A stretch of DNA of 64,000 nt from assembly GCA_958295745.1 (NCBI GenBank), contig OY282370.1:1770548-1834547 (forward strand). The letters are read 5' to 3'. Of this stretch, positions 56,584 to 64,000 are shown piece by piece. Made by a program: the position numbers and the translations under genes. This DNA comes from an uncultured Acidimicrobiia bacterium. Its GTDB lineage: Bacteria; Actinomycetota; Acidimicrobiia; Spongiisociales; Spongiisociaceae. The notes under the pieces were generated by a model. That model was not told the origin of the DNA, ran no database searches, and worked only from the letters and a program-made list of their open reading frames with translations. The first letter of the stretch is position 1. Each line of letters starts with the position of its first letter.

Positions 56584-57587
56584 CGGGGCTGGTACCGATG
56601 ACGGGGCTGGTCTTCTGGGCGGAGCTGGGCATAAAGATGGCCGTGGCGGCGGCGGCCGTGCCGGCCATCGGGATGGTGATCGGCTACGCCGAGATGAAGC
56701 TGTCCGCCCACATGCAGAGCCGGGTGGGGCCCTACTTCGCCGGCGGGCGCTACGGATGGGCCCAGCTGATCGCCGACGGGGTCAAGTTCATCCAGAAGGA
56801 GGACATCATCCCCGCCGAGGCCGACCGCCCGGTCTTCAAATGGGCGCCCGCCCTGGTCATGCTGGGAACGATGGCGCTCTTGGTGGTCATCCCCCTCCAC
56901 CCTTCCCGCTACGGCATGGTGCGCGACCTCGACGTGGGCATCTTCTACGCCCTGGCCGTCTCTTCGGTGAGCACCATCGGGGTGCTGATGGCCGGATGGT
57001 CCTCGGCCAACAAGTATTCGATGATCGGCGGGCTGCGGGCCGCCGGGCAGCTCATCGCCTACGAGCTGCCCTTGGTGCTCGCCACCGTGGGGGTGGTGAT
57101 CCAGGCCGGCACCATGTCGATGCAGGGGATCGTCCAGGCGCAGGTGGCGCAGAGCTGGCCCTTCATGCTCACCCAGTTCGTGGGTTTGGCCATCTTCATG
57201 ACCGCCGCCCTCGCCGAGCTGACCCGGCTGCCCTTCGACATGCCCATCGCCGAGTCGGAGCTGGTGATGGGCTACGTGACCGAATATTCGGGGTTCCGGT
57301 TCCTGTTCTTCTTCCTGGCCGAGTTCGCCAACATGTTCTCGATGTCGGCCATCGCCGTCACCCTGTTCCTGGGCGGATACGGTTTCTGGGGCATTCCCAC
57401 CGACACCCTGCTCTCGCCGCTCATCGTGTTCGCCAAGGTGGGCATACTTGTATTCATCATGATCTGGCTGCGCTGGACGCTGCCCCGGTTCCGGGAAGAT
57501 CAGCTCCAGACGCTGGCCTGGAAATGGTTGATCCCGATCTCGATCGTCAACATCATCGTGACGGCCGTCCTGAAGGTGGTGGTATAG
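56580..57587 (+). CDS. nuoH: NADH-quinone oxidoreductase subunit H; follows nuoD directly, so no nuoE/F/G
   Basis: MTGLVPMTGLVFWAELGIKMAVAAAAVPAIGMVIGYAEMKLSAHMQSRVGPYFAGGRYGWAQLIADGVKF.. ATGA overlap with nuoD stop. An 18-bp direct duplication (atgacggggctggtaccg / atgacggggctggtcttc) lies at the start. Confidence 0.85.
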   Translation: MTGLVPMTGLVFWAELGIKMAVAAAAVPAIGMVIGYAEMKLSAHMQSRVGPYFAGGRYGWAQLIADGVKFIQKEDIIPAEADRPVFKWAPALVMLGTMALLVVIPLHPSRYGMVRDLDVGIFYALAVSSVSTIGVLMAGWSSANKYSMIGGLRAAGQLIAYELPLVLATVGVVIQAGTMSMQGIVQAQVAQSWPFMLTQFVGLAIFMTAALAELTRLPFDMPIAESELVMGYVTEYSGFRFLFFFLAEFANMFSMSAIAVTLFLGGYGFWGIPTDTLLSPLIVFAKVGILVFIMIWLRWTLPRFREDQLQTLAWKWLIPISIVNIIVTAVLKVVV

Positions 57588-58106
57588 ATGAAGCTCTCCG
57601 GTTTGCGCAACCTGCGGCCCCCCAAGTTGGGGATTCTCTCCGGAATGCGGGTCACCTTCACGACCATGCTCCGGACCTGGGCTTTCAACCTGAGCGGCGG
57701 GAAGGTGGGGCTGCGGTCGACCGTCAACTATCCGAAGATCAAGGAGATGCCGGTGCCCAGGGCCCGGGGGGTCATCGCCCTCGAACAGGATGCCTGCACC
57801 GTATGCATGCTGTGCGCCCGCTCCTGCCCCGATTGGTGCATATACATCGAGGGCCACAAGGAGATCAAGCCCCCGTCCCGGCCGGGGGGGCGCCCCAGGG
57901 CCCGCGCCACCCTCGACCGTTTCGACATCGACTATGCGCTGTGCATGTACTGCGGGATCTGCGTGGAGGTCTGCCCGTTCGACGCTCTGTTCTGGACCCC
58001 CGAATACGAGTATTCGGAGTACGACATGGGCCCGATGATGCATGACATGGACCGGCTCCAGGACTGGATGAAGACCGTGCCCGAAGGCCTGGGGGCGCAG
58101 TCGTGA
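57588..58106 (+). CDS. nuoI: NADH-quinone oxidoreductase subunit I (2x[4Fe-4S])
   Basis: ..CTVCMLCARSCPDWCIYI.. and ..CMYCGICVEVCPFDAL.. Confidence 0.9.
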   Translation: MKLSGLRNLRPPKLGILSGMRVTFTTMLRTWAFNLSGGKVGLRSTVNYPKIKEMPVPRARGVIALEQDACTVCMLCARSCPDWCIYIEGHKEIKPPSRPGGRPRARATLDRFDIDYALCMYCGICVEVCPFDALFWTPEYEYSEYDMGPMMHDMDRLQDWMKTVPEGLGAQS

Positions 58107-58185
58107 CCTCCGCCGCGGCCGCGGTCCGCTCCGCCGGGCGCCCCCCTGCCGCCCCGTCCGCAGGAACCGCGGGAGGCGGGCCGGT

Positions 58186-58752
58186 ATGACCTTCTCCGAC
58201 TGGCTGGCCGAACCCGTCAACTGGGCCTTCCTGGCCTTGGCGTTGCCTATGACGGTGGCCGCCGTGCGGGTGGTGACCAGCCGCAACGTGGTGCATGCCG
58301 CCCTGTTCCTGGTGCTTACCCTGGCCGCCTCCGCCGGTCTGTTCATCCTGTTGTCCGCCGAGTTCGTTGCCTGGGTGCTGGTACTGGTCTACATCGGGGC
58401 GGTGATCGTGCTGTTCCTGTTCGGCATCATGATCACCCGGGCGCCTATCGGGAGGGAGACCGACCTCAGCCATGCCGGCCGGTGGCCGGCCGCCCTGGCC
58501 TCCCTGGCGGTGCTGGCCCTCACGCTGTGGCTGATCACGGCGGTCTCCGGCCAGGTCGAGGGCTTCGACGGCCCTCTCCCCGCGGTGGGCGTCGCCACCG
58601 ACTCCGCCATCCTCGGGGAGGGCTTCATCATGCGGTACCTGATCCCGTTCGAGGCGGTGGGGTTCATTCTGCTGGCCGCCTTGATCGGCGGCATCACCCT
58701 GGCGCGCAAGGACCTCACGCCGGCCGAGGAAGAAGAGGCGGAGCGGGTATGA
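58186..58752 (+). CDS. nuoJ: NADH-quinone oxidoreductase subunit J
   Basis: [83 protein letters not shown].. Confidence 0.85.
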   Translation: MTFSDWLAEPVNWAFLALALPMTVAAVRVVTSRNVVHAALFLVLTLAASAGLFILLSAEFVAWVLVLVYIGAVIVLFLFGIMITRAPIGRETDLSHAGRWPAALASLAVLALTLWLITAVSGQVEGFDGPLPAVGVATDSAILGEGFIMRYLIPFEAVGFILLAALIGGITLARKDLTPAEEEEAERV

Positions 58753-58810
58753 CACGGGGCTTTGCCGGGGTGTCGGGCGATGGGGGCCCGGCCGTGATCG
58801 GGGGCCGGCC

Positions 58811-59116
58811 GTGATCCTCACCCAGTTCCTGGTGCTCGGAGCGGTGCTGTTCTCCCTCGGCATCTACGGGCTGCTGTCCCGCCGCAACGCGGTCACCGTC
58901 CTGCTGGCGGTGGAGCTGATGCTGGCGGCGGTCAACATCAACTTGGTGGCCTTCGAGGCCTTCTGGAACACGCCCGCCGCCCACGGCCAGATCTTCGCCA
59001 TCTTCGTCATCACCATCGCCGCCGCCGAGGTGGGCATCGGCCTGGCCATCATCCTGCTGGTGTTCCGCAACCGGGCTTCGGGCAACGTCGACGAGCTGGA
59101 CCTGCTGAAATGGTGA
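58811..59116 (+). CDS. nuoK: NADH-quinone oxidoreductase subunit K
   Basis: (V/M)[47 protein letters not shown].. (GTG start). Confidence 0.85.
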   Translation: MILTQFLVLGAVLFSLGIYGLLSRRNAVTVLLAVELMLAAVNINLVAFEAFWNTPAAHGQIFAIFVITIAAAEVGIGLAIILLVFRNRASGNVDELDLLKW

Positions 59117-61176
59117 CAGCCTCCGCCGCCGCGGCCGCCCCGCTGTTCCTGGCCGCCGGGGAGGAGCACGCACCCGAGCTGGCGGCGGGCGGGTTCTTCG
59201 CCGGGGGCGCCTGGATCATGCTGGTACTTCCGTTCGCGGCGTTCCTCGGGATCGTCCTGTTCGGCAAGCGCATGCGGAAGCAGGGCGCCGAGCTGGCGGT
59301 GGGGGCGATGGGGGTCAACCTGCTGTGGGCCTCGGTGCTGTTCGTCCAGAACATGTTGGGGGGCATACACAGGGAGGTGAACCTCACCATCGCCGACATC
59401 GGGCGGCTGGGCGGCGTGGACCTGTCGTTCGAGCTGGGCTTCGTGGTGGACGGGCTGTCGATCATGATGTACTGGGTGGTGGCCTTCGTGGGCTTCCTGG
59501 TGTTCGTGTACGCGGTGGGCTACATGGAAGGGGATGTCCGGGTTCCCTGGTTCTTCGCCTCCCTGTCCCTGTTCGCCGGTTCGATGCTGGTGCTGGTGGG
59601 GGCGCCCAACCTGATCCAGCTGATCATCGGCTGGGAGGGGGTGGGCCTTGCCAGCTACCTGCTGATCGGCCACTACTGGGAGCAAAAGGAGAACAGCGAC
59701 GCCGCCGTCAAGGCCTTCCTCACCAACAAGGTGGCCGATGTGGGCCTGATCCTGGGCGCCATCCTGATCGGGGTGTCGCTGGGCGGGTTCCGGTTCTCCG
59801 ACCTGTCGAGGGCGGCGGCCGAGCACAGCCATGCGCTCGAAGGGGTGGCCTTCGCCGGAGGGCTGCTGCTGTTCCTGGGGGCGATGGGCAAGTCGGCCCA
59901 GTTCCCGCTGCATGTCTGGCTGCCGGACGCCATGGCCGGCCCCACCCCGGTCTCGGCCCTCATGCACGCCGCCACGATGGTCACCGCCGGCATCTACCTG
60001 ATGGCCCGCACCTTCCCGCTCTACCAGAACCTGGCCGCCGAGGCCCGTCAGTGGATGATCCCGATCGCGGTGATCACCCTGTTCGTGCTGGGGTTCTTGG
60101 CGCTGACGGCCAACGACCTCAAGCAGGTGCTGGCCTATTCGACCGTCTCGCAGCTGGGCTACATGATGGCGGCGGTGGCGGCGGGCGGATACACGGCCGG
60201 GCTGTTCCACCTGTTCACCCACGCCTTCTTCAAGGCCCTGCTGTTCCTCGGGGCCGGATCGGTCATCCATGCGGTCCATTCCAACAACATGAGCGACATG
60301 GGGGGCCTGCGCCGCAAGATGCCGGTCACCTTCTGGACCTTCGTGGTCGGTTCTCTGGCGCTGGCCGGGGTGATCCCCCTGGCCGGGTTCTGGTCGAAGG
60401 ACGAGATACTGGCCACTCTGAGCCACGAGGGTTACACCGCGTTCATGTGGGTGGCCGTGGCCGGGGCTTTCGTGACCGCCTTCTACATGACCCGGGCGGT
60501 GGCCCTCACCTTCTTCGGGACGTATAAGGGGCATGGCCATCCGCACGAGTCCCCCCGGATGATGACCGGGCCGCTGGTGGCGCTGGCGGTTCCCACCGTC
60601 ATCGCCGGTTTCTTCAACATCCCCGGCGTGTCGTGGGGTCCGATCGGCAACTTCACCGAATGGGTGGGGGCCCGGGTGGTGACGATGGGGGACTACCACC
60701 CGTCGGCCATCGAATGGGATCTGGCCGCCTACGGACTGGCGGCGGCGCTGGCCGGCATCGCCCTGGGCTGGTGGCTGTTCTCGCCGGAGGCCGAGACCCA
60801 GGCGGCCCGGGACCGGCTGGAGATACCGGTGCTGTACCCCCTCCTGCGCCGCAAGTACTACATCGACCACCTGTACATGCATGGGGTGGTGAACCCGATA
60901 AAAGGCCCCCTGGCCAGGGGGGTGGATTGGGTGAACGGCCATGTGATCGATGCGGCGGTCAACGGGGTCGGTTTGCTCACCGCCTGGCTGGGCCGTCTGG
61001 TCTACGGGCGCCTCGATCAGCAGGGCATCGACTTGGTGCTGAACGCCGCGGCGGGGGGCGCCGGAGGGGCGGGGGGCCGCCTCCGGTTGCTGCAGAGCGG
61101 CAAGGTGCAGCAGTATGCGGGCGGGTTCGTGGTGGGGGCGTTGGTGTTGGTAGCCGTGCTGGTGATCGTTACCTAG
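59110..61176 (+). CDS. nuoL: NADH-quinone oxidoreductase subunit L
   Basis: 688 aa antiporter-like subunit, ..[57 protein letters not shown].. with long C-terminal helix region. Confidence 0.9.
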   Translation: MVTASAAAAAPLFLAAGEEHAPELAAGGFFAGGAWIMLVLPFAAFLGIVLFGKRMRKQGAELAVGAMGVNLLWASVLFVQNMLGGIHREVNLTIADIGRLGGVDLSFELGFVVDGLSIMMYWVVAFVGFLVFVYAVGYMEGDVRVPWFFASLSLFAGSMLVLVGAPNLIQLIIGWEGVGLASYLLIGHYWEQKENSDAAVKAFLTNKVADVGLILGAILIGVSLGGFRFSDLSRAAAEHSHALEGVAFAGGLLLFLGAMGKSAQFPLHVWLPDAMAGPTPVSALMHAATMVTAGIYLMARTFPLYQNLAAEARQWMIPIAVITLFVLGFLALTANDLKQVLAYSTVSQLGYMMAAVAAGGYTAGLFHLFTHAFFKALLFLGAGSVIHAVHSNNMSDMGGLRRKMPVTFWTFVVGSLALAGVIPLAGFWSKDEILATLSHEGYTAFMWVAVAGAFVTAFYMTRAVALTFFGTYKGHGHPHESPRMMTGPLVALAVPTVIAGFFNIPGVSWGPIGNFTEWVGARVVTMGDYHPSAIEWDLAAYGLAAALAGIALGWWLFSPEAETQAARDRLEIPVLYPLLRRKYYIDHLYMHGVVNPIKGPLARGVDWVNGHVIDAAVNGVGLLTAWLGRLVYGRLDQQGIDLVLNAAAGGAGGAGGRLRLLQSGKVQQYAGGFVVGALVLVAVLVIVT

Positions 61177-61193
61177 AGGAGGGTGCTGAAACA

Positions 61194-61334
61194 ATGACGA
61201 TTGCTCTTGTCCGTCGTTCCGGTCCTTCGCTGACCAGGGAGCTGACCAGGGATTTTGATATCGACCGGCGGGCCGCCGGTGTATTGCTCGGCGCCCTCCT
61301 AGAAGAAGACAGGCTGTATACAGGAGTCAGATGA
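61194..61334 (+). CDS. small hypothetical ORF (46 aa) between nuoL and nuoM
   Basis: MTIALVRRSGPSLTRELTRDFDIDRRAAGVLLGALLEEDRLYTGVR. Preceded by GAGGAGGG; stop overlaps the nuoM start (ATGA at 61331-61334). Local GC is lower than the flanking nuo genes. Confidence 0.3.
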   Translation: MTIALVRRSGPSLTRELTRDFDIDRRAAGVLLGALLEEDRLYTGVR

Positions 61335-62920
61335 TGGAGTTTTTCGACAGCGGATTGGGGCTTAGCCTCATCGTGTTCCTGCCGGCGGCGGGCGCATTGG
61401 CACTGTTCGCCTTCCCGAAAGCCAACGAGGCGGCCCAGAAGTGGACCGCCCTAGTCTTCAGCGCCGTGACCGCGCTGCTGGCCGTGATCGCGGCCGCCGT
61501 CTTCGACTACGGGGCGGCCGAGCGGTTCCAGTTCGAGGTCATGGAGAGCTGGATTCCGGCCATCGGGGCCAACTATCACATCGGGGTGGACGGGATCAGC
61601 CTCCCGCTGCTGGTGCTGTCGGCGGTGGTGACCCTCCTGGCGGTGATCTACTCGTGGGACCATTGGGAGGAGCCACGCAACGTCCGGGGGTTCCTGGCGC
61701 TGATGCTGCTGCTGGCCACCGGCATGAACGGGACGTTCGCGGCCCTCGACCTAGTGCTGTTCTTCATCTTCTTCGAGCTGGTGCTGCTGCCGATGTACTT
61801 CATGATCGGCATCTGGGGCGACGGCGCCCGCCGGCGCATCCCGGTGCTGGGCCGGACGGTGACCATGCGCCTCTACGCGTCCATCAAGTTCTTCATCTTC
61901 ACCCTGTTCGGGTCGGCGTTCATGCTGCTGGGCTTCCTGGCGCTCTACTTCCGCTCGGGTGATTTCCTCGGCGCCAACACGTTCGACATCCCGGTCCTGA
62001 TCGCCTTGGGATCCGAGAACGCCTTCGGGAGCGGGACCTTCGCCTTCCTGGTGTTCGGCGCCATGTTCCTCGGGTTCGCGGTGAAGGTTCCCATGTGGCC
62101 GTTCCACACCTGGCTGCCGGACGCCCACACCGCCGCCCCCACGGTCGGCTCGGTGCTGCTGGCGGCCATCCTGCTGAAGCTGGGTTCTTACGCCTTCCTC
62201 CGCATCTCGATTCCGGTCCTTCCCGACATGGCCCGCCAGTGGGCGCCGGCCATCGGTCTGTTGGCGGTGATCGGGATCATCTACGGCTCTTTGGCCTGCC
62301 TGGCCCAGACCGACGTGAAGCGGCTCATCGCCTTCTCGTCGGTGGGGCACATGGGCTTCGTCATGCTCGGCATCGCCACCATGACCGACGTGGGCTTCAA
62401 CGCCGCACTGATCGGGATGGTGGCCCACGGGTTGATCACCGGGCTGCTGTTCTTCATCGCCGGGTCGATGCATCACCGTTACCACACCCGGGAGATCGCC
62501 CGCCTGGGCGGCAACCAGAAGCTGATGCCCTGGATGGGCGGCATCCTGGCCTTCACCGCCATGGCCTCGCTAGGCCTGCCCGGCCTGGCGGGGTTCTGGG
62601 GCGAGTTCATGTCTCTGTTGGGGGCCTACCGCCCCCTGGCCGGCCTAAGCCTGTCCCAGTTCCAGACCTACATGGTGATCGGCGCCGTCGGCACCGTCCT
62701 GACCGCCGGATACATGCTTTGGATGCTGCAGAGGGTCAATCTCGGCGAGCCCAAGGAGGAATGGTCGGGCCGTGAATTCGCCGATATAGGTCGCTACGAG
62801 TGGCTGGCGTGGGCGCCGTTGATCGTCGCCATAGTGGCCATAGGCGTGTATCCGAGGATCGTTCTGGGGGCCACCACAGACGCGGTCGTGAACCTGGCGC
62901 GGAACGCTTTCGGAGGCTGA
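61331..62920 (+). CDS. nuoM: NADH-quinone oxidoreductase subunit M
   Basis: MMEFFDSGLGLSLIVFLPAAGALALFAF...; 529-aa antiporter-like subunit, ..FFELVLLPMYFMIGIWG.. Confidence 0.9.
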   Translation: MMEFFDSGLGLSLIVFLPAAGALALFAFPKANEAAQKWTALVFSAVTALLAVIAAAVFDYGAAERFQFEVMESWIPAIGANYHIGVDGISLPLLVLSAVVTLLAVIYSWDHWEEPRNVRGFLALMLLLATGMNGTFAALDLVLFFIFFELVLLPMYFMIGIWGDGARRRIPVLGRTVTMRLYASIKFFIFTLFGSAFMLLGFLALYFRSGDFLGANTFDIPVLIALGSENAFGSGTFAFLVFGAMFLGFAVKVPMWPFHTWLPDAHTAAPTVGSVLLAAILLKLGSYAFLRISIPVLPDMARQWAPAIGLLAVIGIIYGSLACLAQTDVKRLIAFSSVGHMGFVMLGIATMTDVGFNAALIGMVAHGLITGLLFFIAGSMHHRYHTREIARLGGNQKLMPWMGGILAFTAMASLGLPGLAGFWGEFMSLLGAYRPLAGLSLSQFQTYMVIGAVGTVLTAGYMLWMLQRVNLGEPKEEWSGREFADIGRYEWLAWAPLIVAIVAIGVYPRIVLGATTDAVVNLARNAFGG

Positions 62921-62924
62921 TCGG

Positions 62925-64000
62925 TGGATCTCGACTACCACGCGCTGGCGCCAGAGATCGTCGTCGCGGCCACCATCCTGTTGGTGTTGGGCCTCGATGT
63001 GGCCCTGCCCCGCCGCCGCAAGTACTGGACTGCCTTCGCCGGGGTGGTGGGCCTGACCCTGGCGGCGGTCCCGCTGGTGACCCTGGCTTTGGGCGGCGGC
63101 CCCGGAGCGAGGTCGATGCTCGGAGGCGGTTACGTGGTGGACGATTTCGCCTTGGTGCTCAAGGCGGTGTTCATCGCGGGCGGTTATCTGGTGTTGTTGA
63201 TGTCCGTTTCCTATATCGAGAGCGACCGCTATTACCAGGGCGAGTACTACCTGCTGCTGCTGACCTCGATCCTCGGTTCGTTGATCATGGCGTCGTCGCG
63301 GGATCTGATCACGGTCTTCGTGGGGCTCGAGCTGGTGACCGGGCCGCTGTTCCTGCTGGCCGGCTGGCGCAAGGGCGATGCCCGTTCCAACGAGGCGTCC
63401 CTGAAGTTCTTCATCCTCGGGGTGCTCTCGACCGCCGTCCTGCTCTACGGCATGTCGTTCCTGTACGGGCTGACCGGATCGGTGACCTTTGAGGGGATCC
63501 GCACCGCCGGGGCGGGCCTGTTGGACAGCGGCGCCTTCCGCTTGGCTGTCCTCTTCACCCTGATCGGATTCGGGTTCAAGATCACGGCGGTGCCCTTCCA
63601 TTTCTGGGCCCCCGACACCTACGAGGGCGCCCCCACTCCGGTTACCGCCTATCTGTCGGTGGGATCGAAGGCCGCCGGCTTCGTGGGGCTGCTGTTGCTC
63701 TGCTACAGGGCCTTTCCTTCGGTGACCGAGATCTGGGGGCCGGCGCTGTGGGTGCTGGCGGCGCTTTCGATGACCCTCGGCAACCTGACCGCGCTGCGCC
63801 AGGACAACATCGTGCGCATGCTCGCCTATTCCTCCATCGCCCAGGGCGGCTTCATCCTGGTGCCGTTCGCGGCGGCGGCCGTGACCAACGATCCACTGGT
63901 GATCCAGGAGGCGGCCTCGGCCACCATCGTGTATGTCATCATCTACGCCTTCATGAACCTCGGGGCTTTTGCGGTGGTGATAGAGGGCGCCCGCCGCACC
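62925..64000 (+). CDS. nuoN: NADH-quinone oxidoreductase subunit N (3' end beyond window)
   Basis: GTG 62925. VDLDYHALAPEIVVAATILLVLGLDVAL....VFVGLELVTGPLFLLAGW..FKITAVPFHFWAPDTYEGAPTPVTAYLSVGSKAAGF.. Open to the window end, so absent from the ORF track. Confidence 0.8.

Noticed and set aside
1-64000. CRISPR arrays, rRNA genes and complete tRNA genes
   Set aside because: No regularly spaced direct repeats with unique spacers were seen. No rRNA-like conserved blocks were seen. The only tRNA-like motif (T-arm at ~890 and ~5030) lacks D and anticodon arms.

Overview
High-GC (~70%) actinobacterial-type chromosomal window, mostly housekeeping genes, with several compositionally or structurally unusual insertions. 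Left to right: (1) a partial NitT/TauT-type ABC permease, a class-III aminotransferase, and a rearranged region in which the aminotransferase 3' end and a ~150-bp repeat are duplicated either side of an orphan NMT1-family lipoprotein binding protein; (2) an actinobacterial Tad/Flp pilus locus (tadZ-like, tadA, tadB, tadC, flp, two tadE-like); (3) ArsM-like methyltransferase, GNAT, OsmC, and a ZnuA/ZnuB pair whose ATPase slot holds an orphan VapB-like antitoxin with a palindromic operator; (4) an NYN-domain gene followed by a MrfA-like DEXH/DUF1998 helicase, then a CPBP protease, an FMN-dependent lactate oxidase/dehydrogenase, malate synthase G, H+-pyrophosphatase, tandem histidine phosphatase, a GT4 glycosyltransferase, quinone oxidoreductase and a polysaccharide deacetylase; (5) a clearly low-GC (~40-55%) island at about 31.5-37.5 kb, inserted divergently upstream of aroC, carrying a translationally coupled SNF2 helicase, a YegD-like Hsp70 ATPase and a basic Pro-rich Cys-tailed protein, convergent with a small protein plus GHKL ATPase module; this is the best candidate for an undescribed (defence?) system; (6) aroC and a fused aroK-aroB, then a Type III R-M system (res then mod, with a G11 tract before mod) inserted before efp-nusB; (7) DoxX, a second orphan RHH antitoxin, and an AlbA_2/Schlafen-like ATPase containing a non-triplet 14-bp x6 tandem repeat; (8) a ~970-aa SLH-anchored surface protein with six near-identical ~127-aa tandem domains; (9) an alkaline-phosphatase-superfamily enzyme and a nuoABCD-HIJKLMN operon that lacks nuoEFG. 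No rRNA, complete tRNA or CRISPR was detected. Many long antisense ORFs in the track are high-GC artefacts.
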